24,699 nucleotides of DNA from Chloroflexota bacterium (GTDB lineage: Bacteria; Chloroflexota; Dehalococcoidia; Dehalococcoidales; RBG-16-60-22): assembly GCA_016875955.1 (NCBI GenBank), contig VGOH01000001.1:1-24699 (forward strand), in the 5' to 3' direction. Of this stretch, positions 7,440 through 17,537 are shown one piece after another. The notes under the pieces were generated by a model that was given only the letters and a program-made list of their open reading frames with translations, was not told where the DNA came from and made no database searches. Position numbers and translations under genes: made by a program. The number at the start of each line of letters is the position of its first letter. Within the stretch, counting starts at the first letter, position 1.

Positions 7440-8309
7440 TTATTGATTCCGCGCTGAAACGGTTATCCGCCGCACTCCTCTTCTGCTCCCCACGTAATCC
7501 TTTACTTCCGGACGCCCCGGTGAAATGTTAGCCTCGGGCAGCTTGGCAACGAGCATAGCCAGCAAGGGAACTGGCTTCTCCATCATTACGGTTATGGTGC
7601 TTCCCTTATTCCAGGAACCCACGGTACGGACAAATTTCACTTCGGGCGTGGTCTGCAAGAAGTTATACAATTTGGCTACCAGCGTGGGCTCAATCGGCAC
7701 CTCAACATTTATATCAACCTCGCCGGTATACGGTGACAGGCTTTCCTCTTTGGTTAAAACCACCTCTGGGGTTTCCCCGGTCACGGTGCCTCGTTTTTTA
7801 CCCGCCTTTCTGGGCTCCATCACTGCCGCCGTCGGCTCAACAATAGCCGGGTCCTCAGGCAGCGATACGGCTTCTGCCGCCACCGGCTCCGCAACCTGAC
7901 TCTCAAGCGGCTCCGGGACTGGCTCTTCTCCCGTCTCGGCAGCGACCGGGCCGGCTGAGGCAGCCATAACTTCCGCCGTCTCTTCCGGAACCGGCCCATT
8001 TTGGCTTTCTATTTTTCCCGCTCCCTTTTTAGCCTCAGCGATAATCCTGTCCGCTGCCTGCTGGGCCTCGGCTACAGCCTGTGTTCTGACACTATCAATA
8101 ATCTGCTCAGCACTGCTTATCGCCGCCTTGAGTATAGAGCGTACCGAGGCCGAAACCGAAACGCCGCGCTGGTCAATAATACCGTTCACTGTCTCAACCA
8201 GTTGTTCCGTATCTCCCCTGTCTTGAACCACCCCACCCCCCTGACTTTCCCCCCGCTTTTTGTTTTCCGTTGCCTTGGCTTCACGCTTCCGGCCGGATAA
8301 CTTGAACAT
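7440..8309 (-). CDS. Hypothetical protein with a DivIVA-like coiled coil, an acidic Glu/Pro/Ala linker and a C-terminal alpha/beta domain (289 aa). Start at ATG 8309 is preferred over the track's 8558.
   Basis: Heptad segment AEQIIDSVRTQAVAEAQQAADRIIAEAKK. GAGGA SD 9 nt upstream of 8309 and a promoter at 8365-8393. The track's upstream extension runs through repeat DNA. Confidence 0.7.
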   Translation of the reverse strand: MFKLSGRKREAKATENKKRGESQGGGVVQDRGDTEQLVETVNGIIDQRGVSVSASVRSILKAAISSAEQIIDSVRTQAVAEAQQAADRIIAEAKKGAGKIESQNGPVPEETAEVMAASAGPVAAETGEEPVPEPLESQVAEPVAAEAVSLPEDPAIVEPTAAVMEPRKAGKKRGTVTGETPEVVLTKEESLSPYTGEVDINVEVPIEPTLVAKLYNFLQTTPEVKFVRTVGSWNKGSTITVMMEKPVPLLAMLVAKLPEANISPGRPEVKDYVGSRRGVRRITVSARNQ

Positions 8310-8364
8310 GCCGTGCCATCCTCTGCTCTTCCCTGAGCAGTTGCCAATTTGATTTACATAAACA

Positions 8365-8393
8365 ATATTAGTTTGCCGAGTATTAAATGTCAA
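8365..8393 (-). promoter_or_regulatory. Sigma70-type promoter of the pil operon
   Basis: On the minus strand TTGACA (8393-8388), 17 nt, TAATAT (8370-8365). Confidence 0.6.
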
Positions 8394-8440
8394 GAGTAAG
8401 ACAATAGGGTTCTGTTTGCCTATGGTTGGCAGTTGACGCT

Positions 8441-8618
8441 TCACCCCCGACCCCTCTCCAGCCAGAATCACTGGTAAATGACCGCAGGCTTTAATGGCTG
8501 GAGAGGGGAGTATAGAGGAGGGGGCGGAGCCCCCTCTTAAACTCTTTCCCCCTCTCAAACATGATTAAAATGGAGCGCAAAAGACAAACCTGTTTGAGAG
8601 GGGGAGCAAGGGGGTGAG
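8441..8618. repeat. Palindromic REP-like element, cluster A
   Basis: 14-bp perfect inverted repeat 8451-8464/8495-8508. GAGGGGGC-GGA-GCCCCCTC hairpin at ~8518-8536. 15-bp perfect inverted repeat 8547-8561/8591-8605. Bounded by TCACCCC and GGGGTGA. Confidence 0.85.
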
Positions 8619-8731
8619 CAAAAGAATAACCAGAAGCAAATAGTACCCATTTGAAAAGATGGTGCTTTTGCGTTATAAATATAAGAGCATTCTATTATTC
8701 CATCTGGTTAAAAATCAGAAAGGACTTAAAC

Positions 8732-9991
8732 TTGGCCAAAAAGAAAGCGGAGAAAGCACAGCATATAATGACGCCGCGCCAGATTTCACGCTGGGAGCAG
8801 CAGCAAAAGCGACAGCGCCTGATCTTTATCACCGGCATCGCTATCATCGCTCTGGTGCTGGTTTTTGTCGGCATGGGCTGGTATTATGGCCAGTATAAAC
8901 CGAGGCATGAGACCGCCATTGAGGTCAATGGCACCGAGTTCACCATGGGTTATTTTGTGGATATGCTGAAGCTGGAGAGCGCTTATCATCAAGGAGTTGA
9001 CATTTCATCGGTTGCCGATACGGTAATAGAAAATATTCAACGGAGTGAATTAATCAGACAGGGTGCCCTGAAACTGGGCATCAGCGTTGACGATGAAGAA
9101 GTGAAGAGGGCTATTGAGAAAAATGACCTGCCTGATAAAGAGGTCTATCGCGCTCTGGTCAGCTATCAGCTGCTTACTGAGCGTTTGCTGGACAAGTATT
9201 TTGACCCCGAGGTGCCCCTGTCTGCGGAACAGAGGCAGGTTATGGCCGTGATGCTGGAGAGCGAACCGCAGGCCCTGGAGGCCAGGGATAGACTGGTGAA
9301 CGGGGAGGACTTTGGCGAACTTGCGGAAGAACTGAGCCTGGAACTGATTACCAAGAACAAGGGAGGCGACCTCGGCTGGGTGCCCAAGGTTATCTTGCAG
9401 GACATGCTGCAGACGTCAATAGTCGATGAAATCTTCAGTCAAAAGGTGGGAGAGCTGAGCCAGCCGATATATGATGGAGAGGCGGAAAAACAGGTTGGCT
9501 ACTGGCTGGTTAAGGTGCTGGAACGGAACCAGGACGAAGACGAGACCCACCTTCAACTAATGCTCCTGGGCAGTGAGGAGGAAGCGCAGAACATCAGGCA
9601 GCAACTGGAGGCAGGCGCTGACTGGGGTGAGCTGGCCGTGGCCCATTCCCAGGTCAAAGGAGTCGAAACAAACCTGGGTGAGTATCAATTTTCCCAAGGC
9701 ATGGCGGCGCCGCCAATCGATGAATATGCCTATAACCCTGATACGCAAATAGGCGAAATCAGTGAGCCACTCCGCGATGAGGACATAGCCACAAAGGGTG
9801 GCTACTGGCTGATAAAAGTCCTTGACGAAGATGCTGACCGGCGTGTTGATACCGGCTACCGGGAGTACCTGAAAACCAAAGCCTTTGACGAGTGGACGGC
9901 GACACTGGTCAACAGCAAAGACAATGAAATCGTAAATTACATTGACCCGGAGAAGAAGGCCTGGGCGATTGAGCAGGTGACGAGAGGTTAG
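8732..9991 (+). CDS. SurA/PrsA-like membrane-anchored foldase with two parvulin (PpiC) domains, ~419 aa. TTG 8732 is the preferred start.
   Basis: Basic N-terminus plus a TM helix, SurA-N-like region, and motifs GEDFGELAEELS..GGDLGW and GADWGELAVAHS. AAAGGA SD upstream of 8732. Confidence 0.8.
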   Translation: MAKKKAEKAQHIMTPRQISRWEQQQKRQRLIFITGIAIIALVLVFVGMGWYYGQYKPRHETAIEVNGTEFTMGYFVDMLKLESAYHQGVDISSVADTVIENIQRSELIRQGALKLGISVDDEEVKRAIEKNDLPDKEVYRALVSYQLLTERLLDKYFDPEVPLSAEQRQVMAVMLESEPQALEARDRLVNGEDFGELAEELSLELITKNKGGDLGWVPKVILQDMLQTSIVDEIFSQKVGELSQPIYDGEAEKQVGYWLVKVLERNQDEDETHLQLMLLGSEEEAQNIRQQLEAGADWGELAVAHSQVKGVETNLGEYQFSQGMAAPPIDEYAYNPDTQIGEISEPLRDEDIATKGGYWLIKVLDEDADRRVDTGYREYLKTKAFDEWTATLVNSKDNEIVNYIDPEKKAWAIEQVTRG

Positions 9992-10012
9992 CAACCACAG
10001 CGAGGTAGCGGT

Positions 10013-11317
10013 ATGAAAAATAGAAGCATAGGCATCGGCCTGATGGGCCTGGGGATAATCGGGGGGCAGGTGGTCAAGGTCCTGACCGAAAAAGCGGACA
10101 TGCTCGCCGGGCAGACTGGCGGACCCCTGGTCCTGCGCAAAATAAAGGTGCTGCCCGTTGACCTGAAGAGACCACAGGCCAGAGAGATGCCAGCCGGCCT
10201 CCTCACCACGGACGAAGAGGAATTTTTCAATGCGCCCGGCATTGATATCGTGATTGAGGCCATAGGCGGTGAGCACCCGGCCCGGGAGTACCTGAAGCGG
10301 GCCATCACCAGCGGCCGATACGTGGTAACCTCAAACAAGGAGGTCATCGCCAAGCATGGCGCCGAACTGCAGGCCCTGGCCCAGAAGCATAACGTCGGGC
10401 TGCGCTATGAAGCCAGCGTTGGCGGCGGCATTCCACTGATTGCGCCATTCAAGTACGACCTGGTGGCCAACGACATAACCGGCATTTTCGCCATCATTAA
10501 CGGCACGACCAACTACATTCTCACCCGCATGGCGCGCGAGGGCATTGACTTCCCCCAGGCGCTGAAGAGCGCCCAGGAGCTGGGCTATGCCGAAGCCAAC
10601 CCCGAAAATGACATTGAGGGCATTGATGCCAATTACAAGCTGGCCATCCTGGCCTCCCTGGCTTTCCAGACGGTGGTCAGGCCGGAAGATATCTACCGGG
10701 AAGGCATTTCCCGGATTGGCAGCCGGGACTTCCGCTACGCCCGGGAACTGGGCCTGGCCATTAAACTCCTCGCCATCGCCAAGCGCGCTGACAACTCTAT
10801 TGAGGTACGGGTGCACCCGGTCCTTATTCCGGAGGACTCGCTTCTGGCCAAGGTCGATGGCGTTTATAATGGCATTCTGGTGGAAGGCGACCTCATTGAG
10901 AAGGTGCTGTTTTACGGCCAGGGGGCTGGTCCGCTGGCCACCAGCAGCGCCGTGGTCGCCGATGTCGTGGCTTCGGCACAGGACATTACCTTTGGTGTGG
11001 GCAACCGTCTCAAATGGACGCCGGGGTCAGGCAAACGCATCAAGCCCATGGATGAGATTGAGACACAGTATTACCTGCGACTGAACTGTGCCGACCGTCC
11101 CGGCGTGCTGGCCCAGATTTCCAAGATACTGGGCGATAATATGATAAGCATCGCCTCGGCAATCCAGAAGGAAGCTGACGAAGCCGCCCAGACCGCGGAA
11201 CTCGTCCTGACTACCCACCCATCTCCGGAAAAAGCGATGCGGCAGGCCCTGAATCAGATAGAACGGCTAGAGGTGGTCAAGGAAATAGGCAACTTCATCC
11301 GCATAGAACACATTTAG
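10013..11317 (+). CDS. hom: Homoserine dehydrogenase with C-terminal ACT domain, 434 aa
   Basis: Rossmann motif GLMGLGIIG, VVTSNK, YEASVGGGIP, INGTTNYIL, GYAEANPENDIEGID, and ACT motif DRPGVLAQIS. Confidence 0.97.
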   Translation: MKNRSIGIGLMGLGIIGGQVVKVLTEKADMLAGQTGGPLVLRKIKVLPVDLKRPQAREMPAGLLTTDEEEFFNAPGIDIVIEAIGGEHPAREYLKRAITSGRYVVTSNKEVIAKHGAELQALAQKHNVGLRYEASVGGGIPLIAPFKYDLVANDITGIFAIINGTTNYILTRMAREGIDFPQALKSAQELGYAEANPENDIEGIDANYKLAILASLAFQTVVRPEDIYREGISRIGSRDFRYARELGLAIKLLAIAKRADNSIEVRVHPVLIPEDSLLAKVDGVYNGILVEGDLIEKVLFYGQGAGPLATSSAVVADVVASAQDITFGVGNRLKWTPGSGKRIKPMDEIETQYYLRLNCADRPGVLAQISKILGDNMISIASAIQKEADEAAQTAELVLTTHPSPEKAMRQALNQIERLEVVKEIGNFIRIEHI

Positions 11318-11345
11318 TGAATGCTGAAATAAGGGGTTCAGCACC

Positions 11346-12401
11346 ATGATGAAAAAGGGCGTCCTCTATAGATATAAAGACCTTCTCCCCATCACTCCCC
11401 GAACGCCGCTTTTTTCTCTGGGGGAGGGAGACACGCCGCTGGTCAGATGCGACCCGCTGGCGAAGGAAATCGGCTGCGGGGAACTGTACCTCAAGCTGGA
11501 AGGATGCAACCCCACCGGCTCCTTCAAGGACCGGGGCATGGTGGTGGCGGTGGCCAAGGCGCTGGAAGCAAAGAGCCGGGCGGTCATGTGCGCCTCCACG
11601 GGCAATACCAGTGCCTCGGCGGCGGCCTATGCGGCCTTCTGCGGCCTAATGGCAATCATCGTTGTCCCCGAGGGTAAAATCGCCCTGGGCAAGCTGGCCC
11701 AGGCCATTATCTACGGCGCTAAAATCCTGGCCATTGACGGCAACTTTGACCAGGCGCTGCAGATTGTCCGCCAGCTCACCGAGAAACACCCGGTCACCCT
11801 GGTCAACTCCCTGAACCCGTACCGCATTGAAGGGCAGAAGACCGCTGCCTTTGAAATCATTGACATGCTGGACAATGCTCCAGACTACCTGTTCATACCC
11901 GTGGGCAATGCCGGCAATATCACGGCCTACTGGAAGGGCTTTAAAGAGTACTATGAACTGGGAAAGGCGAGTAAAAAGCCGATGATGATGGGCTTTCAGG
12001 CAGAAGGCGCCGCCCCCATCGTCCGCGGCCACCCGATTGAAGCGCCGGAGACAGTGGCCACCGCGATACGCATCGGCAACCCGGCCAGCTGGCAGAAAGC
12101 GGAAGCGGCGCGTGACGAGTCCGGCGGCCTCATTGACATGGTCAGCGATGCCGAAATCATGGCGGTGCAAAAGCTCCTCGCCACCAGGGCGGGCGTCTTC
12201 GGCGAACCAGCGTCGGCGGCTTCCGTGGCCGGGCTGGTCAAGCTCTCCCAGCAGGGCTGGGATTTTAAAAAGAAGATAATCGTTGGCGTAATTACCGGTA
12301 CCGGTCTTAAGGATACCGATGCTGCCCTGAAAGATGCCCCACCATTTCTGCAATTGCCCGCCGATATAAAGGAAGTGGAGAAGGCGCTGGGCTGGGCATA
12401 A
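11346..12401 (+). CDS. thrC: Threonine synthase (PLP-dependent), 351 aa
   Basis: [18 protein letters not shown] (PLP lysine), [17 protein letters not shown], and [12 protein letters not shown]. Confidence 0.97.
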   Translation: MMKKGVLYRYKDLLPITPRTPLFSLGEGDTPLVRCDPLAKEIGCGELYLKLEGCNPTGSFKDRGMVVAVAKALEAKSRAVMCASTGNTSASAAAYAAFCGLMAIIVVPEGKIALGKLAQAIIYGAKILAIDGNFDQALQIVRQLTEKHPVTLVNSLNPYRIEGQKTAAFEIIDMLDNAPDYLFIPVGNAGNITAYWKGFKEYYELGKASKKPMMMGFQAEGAAPIVRGHPIEAPETVATAIRIGNPASWQKAEAARDESGGLIDMVSDAEIMAVQKLLATRAGVFGEPASAASVAGLVKLSQQGWDFKKKIIVGVITGTGLKDTDAALKDAPPFLQLPADIKEVEKALGWA

Positions 12402-12420
12402 CAACGGGTTTCAGGAGGCG

Positions 12421-12990
12421 ATGATGTTTGACGAGGCCAGAATCAGAAAAGCGATAAAAGAGATTATTGAAGCTATTGGCGATGACCCGAAGCGGGAAGG
12501 TCTGGCGGAGACCCCGGAACGCGTCGCCGAGATGTATACCGAGCTGTTCGCCGGCATGAAACAGGACCCCAAGGAAGAGTTGAGTGTCGGCTTTGAGCTC
12601 GGTCACCGCGAGATGGTGGTGCTGCGGGACATCCCCTTTTACTCCATGTGCGAGCACCACCTGCTGCCCTTTTACGGGGTCGCCCACATCGGCTATATCC
12701 CCAACCATGAGGGCCGAATCATCGGCATCAGCAAGCTGGCCCGTGTGGTGGAAATCATCTCCAAGCGCCCCCAGCTTCAGGAGAGGATGACCACGGAGAT
12801 TGCTGATGCCATCATGGACGCCATCAAGCCGGAAGGCGTGGCAGTGGTCATCCAGGCGGAGCACCTGTGCATGATTATGCGCGGCATCAAGAAGCCGGGC
12901 AGCAACGTGATTACCTCGGCCATCAGGGGCATATTCAGCCGCAAAGCGGCCAGCCGGGCGGAGTTTTTCTCCATAATTCAGGGGAAATAG
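12421..12990 (+). CDS. folE: GTP cyclohydrolase I, 189 aa
   Basis: [40 protein letters not shown], and [16 protein letters not shown]. Confidence 0.97.
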   Translation: MMFDEARIRKAIKEIIEAIGDDPKREGLAETPERVAEMYTELFAGMKQDPKEELSVGFELGHREMVVLRDIPFYSMCEHHLLPFYGVAHIGYIPNHEGRIIGISKLARVVEIISKRPQLQERMTTEIADAIMDAIKPEGVAVVIQAEHLCMIMRGIKKPGSNVITSAIRGIFSRKAASRAEFFSIIQGK

Positions 12991-13043
12991 AGATTTCTTC
13001 AGCCTTAAACATTTTCTTGTTGGCTTTCAGTTTCTCCTGCGAT

Positions 13044-13364
13044 GCTCACCCCCTGTGTCCCCCTCTTAAACAGATGCCGCTGTGCTGATGAGCTATGCGC
13101 ATTATGCTTGAGAGGGGGAGAGTTTTTGAGAGGGGGTTTCATAATAAAATCCCCCTTAGTCCCCCTTTTCCAAATGAGGAAACCGGGCAGAGGCACCATT
13201 ACGTATGCGGGGGGAGCTTGAGGGGGCGCCAGCCCCCTTCCTTTTCCTCCCCTTCTCTTTGGTAAAGGGAAGGGGATGCAGGGGTTAGGATTTCCTGCTC
13301 CTGAGGGTGGCAGAATAGTAAAGGATAACGGAGAAAGGCTGGAGAGGGGACAGGGGAGAGGTAA
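13044..13364. repeat. Palindromic REP-like element, cluster B, between convergent folE and gyrB
   Basis: 13044-13140 resembles the reverse complement of cluster A. Hairpins at 13058-13072/13105-13119, 13221-13238 and 13248-13276. 13337-13350 is identical to 8496-8509. Confidence 0.85.
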
Positions 13365-13385
13365 GCACAGAACGGCAGATGCGCC

Positions 13386-15344
<1,959 letters not shown>

Positions 15345-15441
15345 TTAAGTCTCCGTTATGAGGAAAAAGGAAAAAGCAAGCTCTCAACATAATCATGAGC
15401 CTGCCTTTCAATCGTAGATGCTACACATGCACGCACTTTTA

Positions 15442-15470
15442 AATATAGCACAAATCAGCTTCAAAGTAAA
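15442..15470 (-). promoter_or_regulatory. Probable gyrB promoter with extended -10
   Basis: On the minus strand TTTACT (15470-15465), 17 nt ending in TGC, TATATT (15447-15442). Confidence 0.5.
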
Positions 15471-15531
15471 GACGGGGGGCGCATTAAACCCCAGTTCGAG
15501 GAGCATATTATTTTATAGAAATAAGGCTGAG

Positions 15532-15909
15532 TTAAAGTACCCTACGGACTCCACCATTTGGATAGAGGAAATATGCAAAAGGGCGAGTAATTGTTTGGTC
15601 TACTTTTTCTAACCATTTCCACTTTACCAATATGAGACGCAACATCTGCGCTAAATACTCGTTTCCACTCGTAAGAAACACTATACCTACCTTCTCAGCA
15701 ATTATCGTGTCTCTTTCTACAGGAACTTCTAGCATTTTTTTATTACAACTGAAAACAAGCCAACCCTTCTGTCCCACAAGCTTAAGCCATTCTACATCAG
15801 GTCTATGAAGCCCAAAACCAGATTCGAGGAATGATATGGCCCTTAGTCTAACGAGCTTTAATGCTTTGGGAACTCTGGTGCCTATATCCTCGTCGCACAG
15901 TAATATCAT
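15532..15909 (-). CDS. PIN-like toxin, VapC45/DUF5615-type, 125 aa
   Basis: LLCDEDIG...PDVEWLKLVGQKGWLVF...VPVERDTI...PFAY pattern. ATGA overlap with the upstream DUF433 gene. AT-rich. Confidence 0.75.
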   Translation of the reverse strand: MILLCDEDIGTRVPKALKLVRLRAISFLESGFGLHRPDVEWLKLVGQKGWLVFSCNKKMLEVPVERDTIIAEKVGIVFLTSGNEYLAQMLRLILVKWKWLEKVDQTITRPFAYFLYPNGGVRRVL

Positions 15910-16595
15910 GTGATATAGTTGTCGGCATATTGAAGAGTGGTTTCTACTAAAGAACGCGATAATTTAAAGTCAGAAGCTATGAAACTGATAGTTTGCCCTG
16001 CTTTCCAACGCTTAAATATTGTCTCAATCGTGAGCCTTCTATCTGGAATGGTAGGTTTCCCTGCACCAAATCGTGGGTCAATAACTATGGGTACATTTCT
16101 GCCTATGGGATACCAGCGCGAAGCAAATTCTTCTTCATACTCAAAAAGTTCTAATGCTTGTATTACTTCACCTGGCAGAGTCCACTGACCAAATTTATCT
16201 AATGCCAGCAACGTCTCTCCAGGCTCTCTATCCTGAAATACACCAAGTACATGAGCTCCATCCGTCTTGAGTTTTAACCACGCAAAGGGGTATTCTATAT
16301 GCAAAAATTCGCGCGCGAATTGATGAGCTCTTCGTAGTCGTTCTAACTTAACACGTCTTTTACGAAAACGACTCACGACAACGATTTCTGCTAGTTGGAG
16401 GAAGGAGACTTCAACCTTTGCTTCTTTAGTTTTTTCTCTTTTTCCGAAAACAGGCCGCATTCTGCGCGGTTGTTCGCTTCCATATAACCAACGCCGCACG
16501 GTAGTAGTTGAAGTTCCCGCTAGTTTTGCTGCTTGAGCTATAGTATATTCAGGCCTGATGCGCCATGACTCCAGCGGTTTTGCCATGGTTATCAT
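15906..16595 (-). CDS. HTH + DUF433 antitoxin, VapB45-like, 229 aa
   Basis: N-terminal HTH YTIAQAAKLAGTSTTTVRRW, middle VSFLQLAE, and C-terminal DUF433 IVIDPRFGAGKPTI...GQTISFIASDFKLSRSLVETTLQY. AGGGAG SD. Confidence 0.85.
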   Translation of the reverse strand: MITMAKPLESWRIRPEYTIAQAAKLAGTSTTTVRRWLYGSEQPRRMRPVFGKREKTKEAKVEVSFLQLAEIVVVSRFRKRRVKLERLRRAHQFAREFLHIEYPFAWLKLKTDGAHVLGVFQDREPGETLLALDKFGQWTLPGEVIQALELFEYEEEFASRWYPIGRNVPIVIDPRFGAGKPTIPDRRLTIETIFKRWKAGQTISFIASDFKLSRSLVETTLQYADNYIT

Positions 16596-16748
16596 CTTTT
16601 GCTCCCTTTATATACCTCAGAAGACTTAGACAACTTGCCCGAAGTATATAGGCAAAATTTAATATCCCCATCCCGTTGCCCGATATTATCATAACTATCT
16701 GAGTATTACAATATTTTTTGATTTCTTTTACGATATCTAGATACCTTA

Positions 16749-16778
16749 AGAATAAAGCGAACTAATGTTCTATGTCAA
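16749..16778 (-). promoter_or_regulatory. Probable promoter of the TA pair
   Basis: On the minus strand TTGACA (16778-16773), 18 nt, TATTCT (16754-16749). Confidence 0.5.
16758..16771. promoter_or_regulatory. LexA (SOS) box, Gram-positive/Chloroflexota type GAAC-N4-GTTC
   Basis: CGAAC-TAAT-GTTCT lies inside the spacer of the minus-strand promoter. Confidence 0.6.
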
Positions 16779-16796
16779 GATATATTTTATAAATTA

Positions 16797-16825
16797 TTGA
16801 AATAATACTTTAAATCTGTTATATT
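16797..16825 (+). promoter_or_regulatory. pyr operon promoter with extended -10
   Basis: TTGAAA (16797-16802), 17 nt ending in TGT, TATATT (16820-16825), directly upstream of the PyrR site. Confidence 0.7.
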
Positions 16826-16839
16826 AATTCAGGACAAAA

Positions 16840-16928
16840 CCTTTAAGCTGGTCCGGTGAGGCTGGCAAGGAAAAGATAGAGACACCGCAAAGTTAACCTC
16901 TTGCCAGCCCCGGCAAGGGGTTATTTTT
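16840..16928 (+). promoter_or_regulatory. PyrR-binding attenuator leader RNA
   Basis: CCTTTAAGCTGGTCCGGTGAGGCTGGCAAGG matches the PyrR binding-loop pattern (CUUUAA...GUCCNGNGAGGCU...AAGG). Antiterminator pairing 16860-16869/16900-16909 is 10 bp perfect. Confidence 0.88.
16894..16928 (+). terminator. Attenuator terminator hairpin
   Basis: Stem 16894-16905/16912-16923 (12 bp with one G-U), 6-nt loop, then TTTTT ending at the pyrR ATG. Confidence 0.75.
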
Positions 16929-17537
16929 ATGGCCAGAAAAATCATCATGAACGGGGAGGACATCCGGCGCACCCTGGCGCGCATCGCCCATGAAATCATC
17001 GAGCAGAACCGGTCAATAGACCACCTGATACTGGTGGGGATGCGGACGCGGGGGGTGCCTCTGGCCAGGCGCCTCGCCGCCAATATCCAGAAATTTGAAA
17101 ATATAACTGTCCCCGTGGGCGCCCTGGACTTCAGCCTCTACCGCGATGACATTTCCCACCTGGACAAGCAGCCCGTGGTCCAGCATACCGACATCCCGGC
17201 GAGCGTTGACGGGAAATCAATCCTGCTCGTTGACGATGTGCTTTACACCGGGCGCAGCACGCGGGCGGCCATGGACGCGCTCATCGACCTCGGGCGACCT
17301 CGCCAGATTCAGCTGGCGGTGCTCATTGACCGCGGCCACCGCGAGATGCCCATCCGCCCCGACTACATCGGCAAGAACATACCCAGCGCCCGCCACGAGG
17401 AGATACAGGTACACCTTGTGGAGACCGACGGCGTTGACGAAGTGGCCATCATCAGCCACGAGCCAAATACTTCAGACCGGGACCAACGGCACCCGGTGCC
17501 TGCCGGGAAAAGGAGGGGCCATGACGTTGGCAAATAG
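16929..17537 (+). CDS. pyrR: Pyrimidine operon regulator / uracil phosphoribosyltransferase PyrR, 202 aa
   Basis: [37 protein letters not shown] motif [13 protein letters not shown], and [19 protein letters not shown]. Confidence 0.97.
   Translation: MARKIIMNGEDIRRTLARIAHEIIEQNRSIDHLILVGMRTRGVPLARRLAANIQKFENITVPVGALDFSLYRDDISHLDKQPVVQHTDIPASVDGKSILLVDDVLYTGRSTRAAMDALIDLGRPRQIQLAVLIDRGHREMPIRPDYIGKNIPSARHEEIQVHLVETDGVDEVAIISHEPNTSDRDQRHPVPAGKRRGHDVGK

Noticed and set aside
8310-8558. N-terminal extension of the 7440-8558 ORF
   Set aside because: It translates promoter and repeat DNA. The SD and promoter support ATG 8309.
8651-8679. TTGAAA-N17-TATAAA promoter for the foldase-hom-thrC-folE operon
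   Set aside because: The -10 lacks the final conserved T and the region is AT-rich. It is plausible but too weak to call.
8441-13364. CRISPR array
   Set aside because: The repeats are inverted and dispersed rather than regularly spaced direct repeats, and there are no cas genes or leader.
15471-16750. TA pair as a discrete mobile element
   Set aside because: No terminal inverted repeats, target-site duplication, att site or recombinase was seen. Only composition suggests horizontal origin.
17146-17520. 125-aa N-terminal extension of pyrB, suggesting a PyrR-PyrB frameshift fusion
   Set aside because: It is an alternative frame of pyrR with no homology. pyrB has a strong SD and ATG at 17521.
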